A stretch of DNA of 64,000 bases from Hydrurus foetidus. Taxonomy: Eukaryota. This document shows positions 52,372 to 63,211 of this stretch, in pieces. The notes beneath the pieces are model-generated. The model was not told where the DNA came from and did not search any database. It worked only from the letters and a program-made list of their open reading frames with translations. The position numbers and the translations under genes are program-made. Position 1 is the first letter of the stretch; the number at the start of each line of letters is the position of its first letter. The stretch is taken from the NCBI GenBank assembly GCA_900617105.1, contig UYFQ01000006.1:744001-808000 (forward strand), given 5' to 3'.

Positions 52372-53277
52372 ATGGGACAAAAAATCCACCCAACAGGCTT
52401 CCGCCTGGCTATCAGCCGTAACTGGTCTAGCCGTTGGTACGCAAGCAACAATGATTTCGCCGGCATGTTGGCCGAAGACATCAAAGTGCGCGAGTACCTC
52501 AAAGCCAAGCTGAAGAACGCTTCCGTTTCGCGTGTGTTGATCGAGCGCCCCGCCAAGAGCGCCCGCATCACGATTTTCTCGGCTCGTCCGGGTGTCGTGA
52601 TCGGCAAAAAAGGCGAGGACATCGAAAACCTCAAGCGCGAACTGAGCCGTCAACTGGGCGTGCCTGTAGCTGTCAACATCGAAGAAGTGCGCAAGCCTGA
52701 AATCGATGCCAAATTGATTGCCGACAGCATCACCCAGCAGCTCGAAAAACGCATCATGTTCCGCCGTGCCATGAAGCGCGCCATGCAAAACGCTATGCGT
52801 TTGGGTGCTCTGGGTATCAAGATCATGTCGTCCGGTCGCTTGAACGGCATTGAAATTGCCCGTTGCGAGTGGTATCGCGAAGGCCGTGTGCCATTGCATA
52901 CCCTGCGTGCTGACATCGACTACGGCACCTCTGAAGCCAAAACCACTTACGGCATTATTGGCGTGAAGGTTTGGGTCTACAAGGGTGACACCTTGGGTCG
53001 TAACGATTTGCCCGCAGTGGAAACCCCACGTCCTGATGACGAGCGCCGCCCCCGTGGCCCTCGCCGTGATGACCGTGGTGGCCGTCCAGGTGGCAATGAC
53101 CGTCCTCCAGCACGTGGTGGCGCACGTCGTCCAGCGGGTAGCAATGCTGCACCTGCTGACGGCAGCGACAAGCCTGCTGAAGCCTCAGGTGCTCTGGCAC
53201 CGAAATCTACCGTTCAGCGCGTCCGTAAAGTAGCCGCGCCTGCTGCACCTGTTGCAGCTGACGGTAAAGGAGAATAA
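52372..53277 (+). CDS. rpsC: 30S ribosomal protein S3
   Basis: [25 protein letters not shown]; low-complexity C-terminal tail. Confidence 0.99.
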   Translation: MGQKIHPTGFRLAISRNWSSRWYASNNDFAGMLAEDIKVREYLKAKLKNASVSRVLIERPAKSARITIFSARPGVVIGKKGEDIENLKRELSRQLGVPVAVNIEEVRKPEIDAKLIADSITQQLEKRIMFRRAMKRAMQNAMRLGALGIKIMSSGRLNGIEIARCEWYREGRVPLHTLRADIDYGTSEAKTTYGIIGVKVWVYKGDTLGRNDLPAVETPRPDDERRPRGPRRDDRGGRPGGNDRPPARGGARRPAGSNAAPADGSDKPAEASGALAPKSTVQRVRKVAAPAAPVAADGKGE

Positions 53278-53279
53278 CT

Positions 53280-53696
53280 ATGTTGCAACCCGCTCGCCGC
53301 AAGTACCGCAAAGAGCAAAAGGGCCGTAACACCGGTATCGCAACACGTGGTAGCACCGTTGCGTTTGGTGATTTCGGTCTGAAATGCACAGACCGTGGCC
53401 GTTTGACGGCCCGTCAAATCGAATCCGCTCGCCGTGCGATTTCTCGTCACGTCAAGCGTGGTGGTCGTATCTGGATTCGGGTGTTCCCTGACAAGCCAAT
53501 TTCCCAAAAGCCTGCTGAAGTGCGAATGGGTAACGGTAAGGGCAACCCCGAGTATTACGTGGCTGAAATTCAGCCCGGTAAGATCGTGTTTGAAATCATC
53601 GGTGTGCCTGAAGAGTTGGCTCGCGAAGCGTTCCGTTTGGCTGCTGCCAAGCTGCCTTTGCGCACCACTTTTGTCGCCCGCATGATTGGCCAGTAA
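53280..53696 (+). CDS. rplP: 50S ribosomal protein L16
   Basis: MLQP, RMGNGKG, KLP. Confidence 0.99.
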   Translation: MLQPARRKYRKEQKGRNTGIATRGSTVAFGDFGLKCTDRGRLTARQIESARRAISRHVKRGGRIWIRVFPDKPISQKPAEVRMGNGKGNPEYYVAEIQPGKIVFEIIGVPEELAREAFRLAAAKLPLRTTFVARMIGQ

Positions 53697-53712
53697 TCAG
53701 GAGAATGAAGCA

Positions 53713-53928
53713 ATGAACACGACTGAACTGCGCCAAAAAGACGTTGCCGGTATCAAAGCTGAAGTGAAAGCCTTGCAAAAGGCCCATTTCGGTCTGCGTA
53801 TGCAGAAAGCCACGCAACAGTTGAACAACACGATGACCCTGCGCACCACGCGCCGTGACATCGCCCGTGCTAAGACGATTCTTGTTGAAAAACAAGCCGC
53901 CGAAGCTGTAACCGCCTCAAAAGCTTAA
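53713..53928 (+). CDS. rpmC: 50S ribosomal protein L29
   Basis: [18 protein letters not shown]. Confidence 0.97.
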   Translation: MNTTELRQKDVAGIKAEVKALQKAHFGLRMQKATQQLNNTMTLRTTRRDIARAKTILVEKQAAEAVTASKA

Positions 53929-53937
53929 GGAGCAAAC

Positions 53938-54207
53938 ATGACGGAAGCTAAAAAATCCCTCAAGCGCACCTTGACTGGCAAGGTTGTCAGCGACAAGCGC
54001 GAAAAAACTGTAACGGTGCTGATTGAGCGTCGCGTTAAACATGCTTTGTACGGCAAAATTGTTGCCAAATCGAGCAAGTACCACGCACATGACGAAACCA
54101 ACCAGTACAAAACCGGTGATGTGATCGAAATCACCGAAAGCCGTCCGATCTCCAAGACCAAAAATTGGGTTGCTACCCGTTTGGTTGAAAAGGCCGCTGC
54201 GGTTTAA
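53938..54207 (+). CDS. rpsQ: 30S ribosomal protein S17
   Basis: [20 protein letters not shown]. Confidence 0.99.
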   Translation: MTEAKKSLKRTLTGKVVSDKREKTVTVLIERRVKHALYGKIVAKSSKYHAHDETNQYKTGDVIEITESRPISKTKNWVATRLVEKAAAV

Positions 54208-54230
54208 ACTCAAGGCATCAATGCCTTCTT

Positions 54231-54266
54231 CAAAAATGGCTCACTTTGTGGGCCATTTTTGTTTTT
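54231..54266 (+). terminator. Rho-independent terminator of the S10 operon
   Basis: CAAAAATGGCTCAC-TTT-GTGGGCCATTTTTG followed by a T-run. Confidence 0.85.
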
Positions 54267-54325
54267 AGATTCAGTTTTGTTTTTCTTCTTCCCTTTCAAT
54301 TTACCCCTCAATTTAGGAGCACCCC

Positions 54326-54832
54326 ATGATTAAAGTTGGCGATACCCTGCCTGCAGGCACCCTGATGGAATTTTCTGAAGTAGAGGCCGAAGGTTGCAGC
54401 ATTGGCCCTAATGCCGTGGACATTACCAAGGCCACCGCCGGTAAAACTATCGGCTTGTTTGCTCTCCCCGGTGCATTCACCCCGACCTGTTCCGCCAAGC
54501 ATGTGCCTGGCTATGTGGAGAGTTTTGCGGACTTCAAAGCCGCAGGCGTGGATGAAATTTGGTGCGTCAGCGTGAACGATGCGTTTGTGATGGGTGCTTG
54601 GGCACGTGACCAAAAAACCGCTGGCAAAGTACGTATGTTGGCCGATGGCAGCGCTGCTTTCGCGCAGGCAACGGGTTTGACCTTGGACTTGACTGCCCGT
54701 GGCATGGGCTTGCGCAGCAACCGGTACTCGATGCTTGTTAAAAATGGTGTCGTTGTGGCATTGAACAACGAAGGCCCTGGCAAGTTTGAAGTGAGCGACG
54801 CGGCTACTTTATTGGCCCAAGCCAAGGGCTGA
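54326..54832 (+). CDS. Peroxiredoxin (Prx5 type)
   Basis: PGAFTPTCS..H.PG, SVNDAFVM.AW. Confidence 0.93.
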   Translation: MIKVGDTLPAGTLMEFSEVEAEGCSIGPNAVDITKATAGKTIGLFALPGAFTPTCSAKHVPGYVESFADFKAAGVDEIWCVSVNDAFVMGAWARDQKTAGKVRMLADGSAAFAQATGLTLDLTARGMGLRSNRYSMLVKNGVVVALNNEGPGKFEVSDAATLLAQAKG

Positions 54833-54874
54833 TCCCCGGTTGCATGCAACCTTTTCACCCGCCTGAAGGCGTAC

Positions 54875-55390
54875 TTACAAGTCAGCCTTCAGGTAATGCG
54901 CGCCTGCGATAGGGTTATGGTAATAAGGCGGTATGTCATGGAAACCCAGCTCAGCGTACAACGCACGGGCTGATTCCATTGTGTCCAAGGTGTCCAGCAG
55001 GATGCAGTCGTAGCCCGCCATGCGGGCGCTGTCCAACGTGGCATCGGCCAGCATTCGCCCCAATCCCAGACCGCGAAAATCAGGGCGCACGAACAAGCGC
55101 TTCATTTCGCAGGCATTGGGGTAATCCACGGTGTCCAGCGGCCGCAGGCCACAGCAGCCTGCCACATGGCCGTCTACCGTGATCAGCCACAACGCACCAC
55201 GCGGTGCCGCATAGTCGCCGGGTAAGTTCAGCAACTCTTCCTCGAAATTCTGAAAACACAGGTCAATCCCCAAGCTCTCGGCGTATTCGCGGAAGATCAC
55301 TTTCGTGGCTTCCATGCCGTTGGTGCCCGTTGGGACGGTCAGCAGAGGCTTACTTTTCACGGTAGATTTTGGAGGCGTGCCTAGGGTCAT
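54875..55390 (-). CDS. GNAT family N-acetyltransferase
   Basis: DLCFQNF, CEMKRLFV, RGLGLG, LDTL. Confidence 0.9.
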   Translation of the reverse strand: MTLGTPPKSTVKSKPLLTVPTGTNGMEATKVIFREYAESLGIDLCFQNFEEELLNLPGDYAAPRGALWLITVDGHVAGCCGLRPLDTVDYPNACEMKRLFVRPDFRGLGLGRMLADATLDSARMAGYDCILLDTLDTMESARALYAELGFHDIPPYYHNPIAGAHYLKADL

Positions 55391-55397
55391 TGTCTGT

Positions 55398-55895
55398 TCA
55401 AGTTTGCGCCAGCAGTTGCTCCACCAGCCGGTGCAGCTCCGCAAAATCAGGTTCACCGACGTAGCGTTTTACGATTTCACCACGCTTGTTCAGCAGGTAG
55501 GTAGTGGGTGTCAACTTCACTTCACCCCAAGCACGTGCCACAGCGCCGGTATTGTCGATAGCGACTTTGAATGGCAATTTGCGCGTTTCTGCAAAGTTCA
55601 CTACATAGGCCGGTGGGTCGTAGCTCATGGCGACAGCCACCGTGTCAAAACCCTGGTTTTTGTACTTGTCATAGGTGGCGATGATTTTGGGCATCTCGGC
55701 CACGCAGGTGGTGCAACTGGTCGCCCAAAAATTCACCAAAGTGACTTTTCCCTTGAAGTCGGCGCTGGTCTTTTGACTGCCATCGAGCAAGACGAACGTA
55801 GACTCTGGTGCCAGCGTTGCTGCGGTAGCCATGTAGATGCCTGCACCTACAGCCAGCAAGGCCGCAGCGGCCAGCGCGTAAACAATTTTTTTCAT
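55398..55895 (-). CDS. TlpA-family thiol-disulfide oxidoreductase
   Basis: NFWATSCTTC, TPTT. Confidence 0.9.
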   Translation of the reverse strand: MKKIVYALAAAALLAVGAGIYMATAATLAPESTFVLLDGSQKTSADFKGKVTLVNFWATSCTTCVAEMPKIIATYDKYKNQGFDTVAVAMSYDPPAYVVNFAETRKLPFKVAIDNTGAVARAWGEVKLTPTTYLLNKRGEIVKRYVGEPDFAELHRLVEQLLAQT

Positions 55896-55911
55896 GGACA
55901 GAAAGCCCCTT

Positions 55912-56616
55912 ATGGATCGTCGTCAGTTTAATACAGCCGCTGTCGGTAGCTTGAGCGCCTTGCTGCTGGCCACCTACCAACACGCTTACGCTTTGAGCCT
56001 CAGTGATTTGACCGAGGGTGAAGCCTCGCAAGGCCTCAAGCTCGCCTTGGAAAAAGGCGCCACCATCGCGGTCAGCCTTTTGGGCAAGCCTGATGGATTC
56101 ATGGGGAACGATAAAGTTCGCATTCCTTTGCCCGGTTATCTGGAAGATGCGGCCAAACTGATGAAAACCTTTGGACAAAGCAAGCCGATTGACGAACTGG
56201 TCACTGCCATGAACCGCGCCGCTGAAGCCGCCGTACCCCTGGCCAAAGAGTTGCTGGTCAAGGCCGTGAAGGGCATGAACGTGACCGATGCCAAGAACAT
56301 CTTGAGTGGCGGCGGCGATTCCGTTACCAAATTTTTTGCCGACAAAACCCGCGCGCCGCTGGCAGTCACCTTTTTGCCCATCGTCACCCAGGCCACCGAA
56401 AAAGTGGGTTTGGCTGCCAAGTACAACGCCATCGCTGGCAAGGCGGCGGGCATCGGCTTGGTGCGCAAAGAAGACGCTAATATTCAACAGTACGTCACCG
56501 GAAAATCGTTGGACGGACTCTACCTCATCATCGGTGAAGAAGAGAGGAAGATCCGCCAAGACCCGATTGGCGCAGGCAGCACCATCCTCACCAAGGTGTT
56601 TGGCGCGCTCAAATAA
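55912..56616 (+). CDS. DUF4197 family protein
   Basis: Tat-like RRQF, GLK.AL, MNRAAE.A, EE.KIR.DP. Confidence 0.85.
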   Translation: MDRRQFNTAAVGSLSALLLATYQHAYALSLSDLTEGEASQGLKLALEKGATIAVSLLGKPDGFMGNDKVRIPLPGYLEDAAKLMKTFGQSKPIDELVTAMNRAAEAAVPLAKELLVKAVKGMNVTDAKNILSGGGDSVTKFFADKTRAPLAVTFLPIVTQATEKVGLAAKYNAIAGKAAGIGLVRKEDANIQQYVTGKSLDGLYLIIGEEERKIRQDPIGAGSTILTKVFGALK

Positions 56617-56655
56617 GTTCTTTCACAGCACCCGGACAGCACTCACAGAGCCGCG

Positions 56656-57912
56656 CTAAATCGCGCCCTCAGCCCGCAGCGCAGCCCATTGCGTTGGGGT
56701 GGTGCCCAGCAGCTCTTGCAGCACTTCTTGCGTGTGCTGCCCCAGCAGCGGTGGTGGCAGATCGGTACGCACCGGCGTGCGGCTCAGTTTGATCGGGCTG
56801 GACACCAGCGGTAGCACGGCCCTGTTAGGGTGCTGCCACTTCGTCACCATGCCGCGCTCTTGCACCTGCGGGTCTACAAACACCTCGGCCAGCGTGTTGA
56901 TGGCACCACAGGGCACCTTGGCGACTTCCAAGGCGCTCAGCCAATCGGCTTTGGTGCGGGTTTTTAAAAGCGCTTCAAGTTGCGGCACCAGCGTGGCACG
57001 GTGGCGAACCCGGTCTTGGTTTTTGGCGTACATCGCGTCCACGCCCAAATCAGGTCTGCCTGCGACGCTGCAAAATTTGACGTACTGGTTGTCGTTGCCT
57101 ACCGCCAAAATCAGGTGATCGCGCGTACCCTCGGGCGCATCCGCTGGCGGTTTCACTTCAAAGACCTGATAAGGCACGATGTTTTGGTGGGCATTGCCAA
57201 TACGGCCCGGTACCTTGCCTTCTGCCTGATCACTGACCAGATAGTTTGCGCCCAAATTGGCCAACATGGCGACTTGAGTGTCCAGCAACGCCATGTCCAC
57301 CACTTGGCCTTCGCCCGTTTTTTCGGCGTGGCGCAGCGCCGCCAAAATACCGACTGTGGCGTACATGCCAGTGAACAAATCGGCCACGGCCACGCCCACC
57401 TTTTGTGGCCCACCACCTAAATCATCGCGCTCACCCGTCACGCTCATCAATCCGCCCATGCCTTGGATAGCGTAGTCGTAGCCCGCCCGTTCGGCATACG
57501 GCCCGGTTTGCCCAAACCCCGTGACGCTGCAATAAACCAAGCGCGGGTTGAGGGCTTGCAATGTGGCAAAGTCCAGTCCATAACGTGCCATGTCGCCGAC
57601 TTTGAAGTTTTCCACAAACACATCGCAATGCACCACAAGCGCCTTGATGATCGCTTGCCCGGCGGGCTGTGAGATGTCACAGGTCACAGAGCGTTTGTTG
57701 CGGTTGGTGCCCAGGTAGTAGGCGGCCTCTTCGGTCACGCGGCCCTCATCGTCTTTCAAAAACGGTGGCCCCCAGGTGCGGGTGTCGTCGCCCGATCCGG
57801 GGCGCTCGATTTTGATGACATCGGCCCCCAGGTCAGCGAGGGTCTGGGTACACCAGGGGCCCGCGAGCACGCGGGAAAGGTCAAGGATGCGGATGCCGTG
57901 GAGTGCGTTCAT
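56656..57912 (-). CDS. CaiB/BaiF family CoA transferase
   Basis: DLSRVLAGP, GADVIKIE, NRNKRS, GYD, PLLGQHT. Confidence 0.93.
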   Translation of the reverse strand: MNALHGIRILDLSRVLAGPWCTQTLADLGADVIKIERPGSGDDTRTWGPPFLKDDEGRVTEEAAYYLGTNRNKRSVTCDISQPAGQAIIKALVVHCDVFVENFKVGDMARYGLDFATLQALNPRLVYCSVTGFGQTGPYAERAGYDYAIQGMGGLMSVTGERDDLGGGPQKVGVAVADLFTGMYATVGILAALRHAEKTGEGQVVDMALLDTQVAMLANLGANYLVSDQAEGKVPGRIGNAHQNIVPYQVFEVKPPADAPEGTRDHLILAVGNDNQYVKFCSVAGRPDLGVDAMYAKNQDRVRHRATLVPQLEALLKTRTKADWLSALEVAKVPCGAINTLAEVFVDPQVQERGMVTKWQHPNRAVLPLVSSPIKLSRTPVRTDLPPPLLGQHTQEVLQELLGTTPTQWAALRAEGAI

Positions 57913-57991
57913 GGGGGTGTATTTTGAGGGTTAAATCGGTGGGCGGCTGGCGCACTGATGGCTAATTTCAAGCACCACGCATAATCTGCCA

Positions 57992-58534
57992 ATGCGTTTA
58001 TTGACCTGCCTAGGCTTGCTGAGCCTCACTGCCCTTGCGGCCTGTAACCCCACCTTCAATTGGCGCGAAGTGCGCTTACCCGATACCCGGCTGGCGGCGC
58101 TGCTGCCGTGCAAGCCCAATCAGGCAACGCGGCCCATGATGATGGGCACTGCCCAGGTGGATTTGCACCTGCAAGGGTGCGAGACCGGTGCGGCCACCTT
58201 CGCTATTGCTACTCTGACGGCCCCCGGCGATGCCTCCAGCGTATCAGCCGTTCTGACAGCATGGCAAGCCGCAGCCCTCGCGCCGCTGAAAGCCATTGCG
58301 CCCCAGCTTACTACGGCCACCTCAGCCATCCGCATCGCGGGTGCGCCGGTGTTTCCTTTGCCTCAATCACCGCAAAAGATAACCGCTGTGGGTCAGCGTG
58401 CTGACGGTCGCCGTATTGAGAGCCAAGCCGTCTACTTCGCCCAAGGCCAACAACTCTTTCAAGCGGTGATTCTGGCTGAGCGCATCAGCCCGGACATGGC
58501 CGAAACCTTTTTCTCTGGATTGAAGCTGCAATGA
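57992..58534 (+). CDS. Hypothetical lipoprotein
   Basis: Lipobox LAAC; 4-bp overlap with the next gene. Confidence 0.65.
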   Translation: MRLLTCLGLLSLTALAACNPTFNWREVRLPDTRLAALLPCKPNQATRPMMMGTAQVDLHLQGCETGAATFAIATLTAPGDASSVSAVLTAWQAAALAPLKAIAPQLTTATSAIRIAGAPVFPLPQSPQKITAVGQRADGRRIESQAVYFAQGQQLFQAVILAERISPDMAETFFSGLKLQ

Positions 58535-59772
58535 CCCTCCCTTCCCGCCAAAAAACCGTGCTGGTGTTCCTGGCTTTTGCCTTCGCCTACTTTCTCTCCG
58601 CCCTTATCCGTGCCATCACCGCCACCCTGGCCCCCACGTTGACGGCAGAATTGAGCTTGCAAGCCAGCGATTTAGGCTTGTTGGCGGGGGGCTACTTTTT
58701 AGGCTTCGCCGCCATGCAGTTGCCGCTTGGCACATGGCTTGACAGGCACGGCCCAAAGCACGTCATCTTGTGTTTTTTGAGCGCTGCCGTGTTGGGCTGC
58801 GTGGCCTTTGCCTTGGCGACCAGCTTCACGGGTTTGCTGGCGGCGCGGATGCTGTGTGGCGCGGGTGTCAGCGCTTGTTTGATGGCCCCGCTCACGGGCT
58901 ATCGGCGCTGGTTCGGTGCGGCGGCGCAAATGCGGGCCAATTCATGGATGCTGATGACCGGAAGCCTGGGCATGTTGGCGTCCACGCTGCCCGTGCAATG
59001 GTTGATGCCGGTGCTCGGCTGGCGCAATTTGTTCTGGATGTTGGCCGGGTTGGTGGTGCTGGGCATGGCCGCCATCGCTTGGCAGGTGCCGTCATGGGGC
59101 GTAGCCGCAGACGGTCTTGACGCTACCGCCACCCCGCCACAAGCGTCGACATCGCCCCAAGGCTACGGTGAGGTGTGGCGTCACCCTTACTTTCAGCGTT
59201 TGATTCCGTTGGGTTTTTTCAGCTACGGCGGCTTGATCGCCATGCAAACGCTGTGGGCCGGGCCGTGGATGGTCAAGGTGGTGGGCTTCACCGCCTTGCA
59301 GGCTGCCACAGGGCTGTTTGCGATCAACGTCGCCATGCTTTGTACGTTCTGGGCCTGGGGCATGGTCACGCCCTGGTTGTTGCAGCGTGGCTGGGGTGCT
59401 AACCGCTTGATGGCGTGGGGCGTACCCAGCAGCTTTGTGGCGCTTGCTATTGTTATCGCAGCTGGTCAAGCCGCTGGATCATGGGCTCCAGCGCTGTGGG
59501 CTTCGTTTTTTGTGTGCAGCAGTTTTATCGCCCTGTCGCAGCCAGCCCTGGCCTTGGCTTTCCCGCCAGCACTCGCTGGGCGGGCGTTGTCGGCGTACAA
59601 CTTGGTGATGTTTGCCGGGGTGTTCGCCATCCAGTGGGGCATTGGCCTGGGGGTGGATGCCTTCAAGGCGGCTGGCTGGGCCGAGGTGGCGGCGTTTCAG
59701 GCTGCGATGGGGGTGTTTTTGCTGTGCAGCATGGGGGCTTACGCCTGGTTCATGGCCAAGGGCCGCGCATAA
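58531..59772 (+). CDS. MFS transporter
   Basis: About 12 TM helices, G.WLDRHGPK motif A. Confidence 0.88.
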   Translation: MTLPSRQKTVLVFLAFAFAYFLSALIRAITATLAPTLTAELSLQASDLGLLAGGYFLGFAAMQLPLGTWLDRHGPKHVILCFLSAAVLGCVAFALATSFTGLLAARMLCGAGVSACLMAPLTGYRRWFGAAAQMRANSWMLMTGSLGMLASTLPVQWLMPVLGWRNLFWMLAGLVVLGMAAIAWQVPSWGVAADGLDATATPPQASTSPQGYGEVWRHPYFQRLIPLGFFSYGGLIAMQTLWAGPWMVKVVGFTALQAATGLFAINVAMLCTFWAWGMVTPWLLQRGWGANRLMAWGVPSSFVALAIVIAAGQAAGSWAPALWASFFVCSSFIALSQPALALAFPPALAGRALSAYNLVMFAGVFAIQWGIGLGVDAFKAAGWAEVAAFQAAMGVFLLCSMGAYAWFMAKGRA

Positions 59773-59794
59773 TTCGCCTCAATTATTTACCCCC

Positions 59795-60238
59795 ATGAAC
59801 AGCCTACTTATTGTCGCCCACGCCCCCCTGGCCCATGCTCTGCGCGAATGTGCCCTGCATGTGTTCCCCGATTGCGGCGATGCTGTCATCGCCCTCGATG
59901 TGCCCCCTAACATGCCACCCGAGGAAACCCTGGCCGCTGCCCGCATCATGCTGTCGCAGCTTAAAACGCCCACCACCCTGGTGCTGACCGATGTGTTCGG
60001 TGCCACGCCGTGCAACGTGGCGCAAAAGCTGGTGGACGGCATCAAAACCAAGCTCATCGCCGGTGTCAACTTGCCTATGCTGTTGCGCTGTGTGGGCTAC
60101 CGCAGCGAAACGCTGGAGTTGCTGGCCGCGCGTGCCGTGGCCGGTGGCACCCAAGGGGTCATGCAAGTGGCGATCACAGCCCCTCAAAATCAACCGAAAC
60201 GAAACCATGATAAAGACCAGCACGACCATCAGCAATAA
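59795..60238 (+). CDS. PTS EIIA (mannose/fructose family)
   Basis: IVAHAP, TDVFGATP.N, GVNLPML. Confidence 0.9.
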   Translation: MNSLLIVAHAPLAHALRECALHVFPDCGDAVIALDVPPNMPPEETLAAARIMLSQLKTPTTLVLTDVFGATPCNVAQKLVDGIKTKLIAGVNLPMLLRCVGYRSETLELLAARAVAGGTQGVMQVAITAPQNQPKRNHDKDQHDHQQ

Positions 60239-60476
60239 GCTGGGCCTGCACGCCCGCGCCTCCGCCAAGCTCACCAAACTCGCCGGCAGCTTCCCGTGCG
60301 AAGTGTGGTTGTCCAAAGGCCAGCGCCGCATCAACGCCAAAAGCATCATGGGCGTGATGATGCTCGCAGCCGGTTTGGGCAGCACCGTCGAGCTGGAAAC
60401 CGATGGCGAGCGCGAACAAGAAGCCACCGATGCGATTTTGGCCCTCATGGCCGATAAATTTGGTGAAGGTGAGTAA
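60207..60476 (+). CDS. ptsH: Phosphocarrier protein HPr
   Basis: GLHARA (His15), NAKSIMG (Ser46). Confidence 0.95.
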   Translation: MIKTSTTISNKLGLHARASAKLTKLAGSFPCEVWLSKGQRRINAKSIMGVMMLAAGLGSTVELETDGEREQEATDAILALMADKFGEGE

Positions 60477-60530
60477 CCACTTGCTGCCTGAAAAAGGCAC
60501 TGTCTGCACGAAAAGTAAAGAAAGTTTGCT

Positions 60531-62342
60531 ATGACTTTTGCAATTCACGGCCTTGCCGTCTCACGTGGCATCGCCATTGGCCGTGCGGTGCTGGTAGGCC
60601 GCGTTGATGTGGAACATTACTTCATCAAGCCTGCGCAAATCGAAGCTGAAATCGACCGCGTGCGTGTGGGGCGCAATGCCGTTGTCGAAGAGTTGCAAAA
60701 CCTCCAGATCAGCCTGACCCAAATGGGGCCCAAAGAAGCGCCCCACGAACTCGGTGCCCTGCTTGAAGTGCATTTGATGCTGCTGCAAGACGAAGACCTC
60801 ACCGATGGCGTCAAACACTGGATCACCGACCGGCTCTACAACGCCGAATGGGCGCTCACCACCCAGCTCGAAGTCATCTCACGCCAGTTTGACGAGATGG
60901 AAGATGCCTACCTGCGTGAGCGCAAAGCCGACTTAGAGCAAGTCGTCGAGCGCGTGCTGCAACGCATGGTGGGCGCGGCGTTGCCCATGTCCGCCGGTCA
61001 GCGCAGCGCTAACGCCAAACGCCGTAAAAGTGACCAGCAAGCGCAGCTGGACGGTATGTTGGACGACACGGTGGACGTGCCGCTGGTGCTTATCGCCCAT
61101 GACCTGTCCCCCGCCGACATGCTGCAATTCAAGCGCAGCGTGTTCGCCGGGTTCGTGACCGATGTCGGCGGAAAAACCTCGCACACCGCCATCGTTGCCC
61201 GCAGCATGGACATCCCCGCCGTGGTCGGTGCCCGCAGCGCCAGCCAGCTGGTGCGCCAAGACGATTGGGTCATCATCGACGGCGATGCCGGGGTGATGGT
61301 GGTAGACCCCTCGCCCATCATCCTCGCCGAATACGGCTTCAAGCAGCGCCAAGGCGAGTTAGAACGCAGCCGCCTGAACCGCCTGAGGCACACCCCTTCC
61401 GTCACACTGGACGGTCAAAAAATCGAGCTGCTGGCCAACATCGAAATGCCTGAAGATGCCAAAGGGGCCGTCGATGCCGGTGCTGTCGGCGTGGGCCTGT
61501 TTCGCAGCGAATTTTTGTTCATGGGACGGCTTGGCAAATTGCCCAATGAAGAAGAGCAGTACACCGCCTACCGCGCGGCCGTCGAGGGCATGCACGGCCT
61601 GCCTGTCACCATCCGCACCGTGGACGTGGGGGCTGACAAACCCCTGGACGGATGGCGTGACAAACCCGGTAAATCCGGCAAAGACGAAAGCTACCTTAAC
61701 CCTGCCCTTGGCTTGCGTGCCATTCGCTGGAGCTTAGCCGACCCCGCCATGTTTTTGGATCAGCTGCGGGCCATCCTGCGGGCCGCTGCGCACGGATGCG
61801 TCCACCTGCTCATCCCCATGCTCGCCCACGCCAGCGAAATCCGCCAAACCCTGGCCTTGATTGAGCAGGCCCGCGCTGACCTGGACGAACGCGCTGTGCC
61901 CTACGGCCCCGTCAAACTTGGCGCAATGATCGAAATCCCTGCCGCTGCGCTGACCGTTAAGCTGTTCCTCAAATACTTCGACTTCTTGTCGATTGGCACC
62001 AACGATTTGATCCAGTACACCCTGGCCATCGACCGCGCCGACGAAGCCGTCTCCCACCTCTACGACCCCCTGCACCCCGCCGTGCTGCGCTTGGTGGCCG
62101 ACACTATCCGTGAAGCCCAAGTCCAAGGTAAAGGTGTCAGCGTCTGCGGCGAAATGGCGGGCGATGCCAGTTTCACCCGCCTGCTGCTGGGCCTGGGCCT
62201 GCGCAGTTTTTCCATGCACCCCGCGCAAATCTTGACGGTCAAACAAGAGGTGCTGCGCGCAGACACCAGCAAACTCAAAGCCTGGGCACAGCGTGTGCTG
62301 GAATCCGACGAGCCGGGGACGGTGCTGAACGGGGCGGTTTGA
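60531..62342 (+). CDS. ptsI: PEP-protein phosphotransferase (Enzyme I)
   Basis: GGKTSHTAI, GLFRSEF, NPALG.R, SIGTNDL, VCGE. Confidence 0.93.
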   Translation: MTFAIHGLAVSRGIAIGRAVLVGRVDVEHYFIKPAQIEAEIDRVRVGRNAVVEELQNLQISLTQMGPKEAPHELGALLEVHLMLLQDEDLTDGVKHWITDRLYNAEWALTTQLEVISRQFDEMEDAYLRERKADLEQVVERVLQRMVGAALPMSAGQRSANAKRRKSDQQAQLDGMLDDTVDVPLVLIAHDLSPADMLQFKRSVFAGFVTDVGGKTSHTAIVARSMDIPAVVGARSASQLVRQDDWVIIDGDAGVMVVDPSPIILAEYGFKQRQGELERSRLNRLRHTPSVTLDGQKIELLANIEMPEDAKGAVDAGAVGVGLFRSEFLFMGRLGKLPNEEEQYTAYRAAVEGMHGLPVTIRTVDVGADKPLDGWRDKPGKSGKDESYLNPALGLRAIRWSLADPAMFLDQLRAILRAAAHGCVHLLIPMLAHASEIRQTLALIEQARADLDERAVPYGPVKLGAMIEIPAAALTVKLFLKYFDFLSIGTNDLIQYTLAIDRADEAVSHLYDPLHPAVLRLVADTIREAQVQGKGVSVCGEMAGDASFTRLLLGLGLRSFSMHPAQILTVKQEVLRADTSKLKAWAQRVLESDEPGTVLNGAV

Positions 62343-62357
62343 CGTGCGAGGGCTGCC

Positions 62358-62570
62358 ATGAACCCCGAAGACCTGCAAAAACTCGTCACCCTTGCCATGC
62401 CTTTCGGAAAATTCAAAGGCCGCTTGATTGCTGACCTGCCCGGCCATTACCTCACCTGGTTCGCTCGTGCCGGTTTCCCGCCAGGGGAAATCGGGCGCTT
62501 GCTGGCGCTGATGCACGAGATTGACCACAACGGGTTGAGCGGGTTACTACAGCCGCTGCGCAAAATGTAA
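62358..62570 (+). CDS. DUF3820 family protein
   Basis: MPFGKFKG..IADLP..YL.WF. Confidence 0.85.
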   Translation: MNPEDLQKLVTLAMPFGKFKGRLIADLPGHYLTWFARAGFPPGEIGRLLALMHEIDHNGLSGLLQPLRKM

Positions 62571-62653
62571 ATATTGCCTGAATCAGGTCGCTCCACCACC
62601 TTCCGTTGGTGGCAATATGGTGCGCTTTAGTTTTCTCTTTGGGATGCCTCTTT

Positions 62654-63199
62654 ATGACTGTTTTGTTTTCCTTTCGGGCGGTGCTGCTCGGGTTGCTGAC
62701 CTTGGGTTGTCTGGCTCACGCCCAGGTACCTTCCACCGCTGACAGCCCCAGCGCTGCCCAAATGATCGAGCAGCTCAAGGCCCCTGCTGCTGCCCCCCGC
62801 ACGCGCAGCCTTCGCAACTTGGGCGTGGAAGCCACTGATGCGCTGGGCGCAGTGGCCTCTCGGCCCTCGTTGTCACTGCACATTCAGTTCGATTTCGACT
62901 CCGCCCGCGTGCGTCCAGAGAGTCAGCAGGCATTGAGCAACTTGGCGCTTGCCCTGCAATCGCCTGAACTGTTGCCCGCCAAATTCGCCATCGAAGGCCA
63001 CACCGATGCCAAAGGCCGGGCCGATTACAACCACAAACTCAGCGCTTTGCGTGCCGATGCCGTGCGCGACTACTTGGCGCAGCAGGGGGTGGAGACCCGC
63101 CGCCTGATCGCCAGCGGCAAAGGGTCTAGCGAATTGGCTAACCGCACCGAACCCTACGCGGCAGAAAACCGCCGGGTGCGTATTGTCAATTTGGAATAA
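62654..63199 (+). CDS. OmpA-like peptidoglycan-binding protein
   Basis: Signal peptide, FDFDS, EGHTD, LS..RA, NRRV. Confidence 0.9.
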   Translation: MTVLFSFRAVLLGLLTLGCLAHAQVPSTADSPSAAQMIEQLKAPAAAPRTRSLRNLGVEATDALGAVASRPSLSLHIQFDFDSARVRPESQQALSNLALALQSPELLPAKFAIEGHTDAKGRADYNHKLSALRADAVRDYLAQQGVETRRLIASGKGSSELANRTEPYAAENRRVRIVNLE

Positions 63200-63211
63200 A
63201 CATTCCCGTCC

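Noticed and set aside
54208..54325. S10 operon not followed by rplN/spc operon
   Set aside because: As I recall this split is ordinary in this family; a clear terminator is present.
59795..62342. PTS genes without a sugar permease
   Set aside because: An incomplete regulatory PTS is normal in betaproteobacteria.
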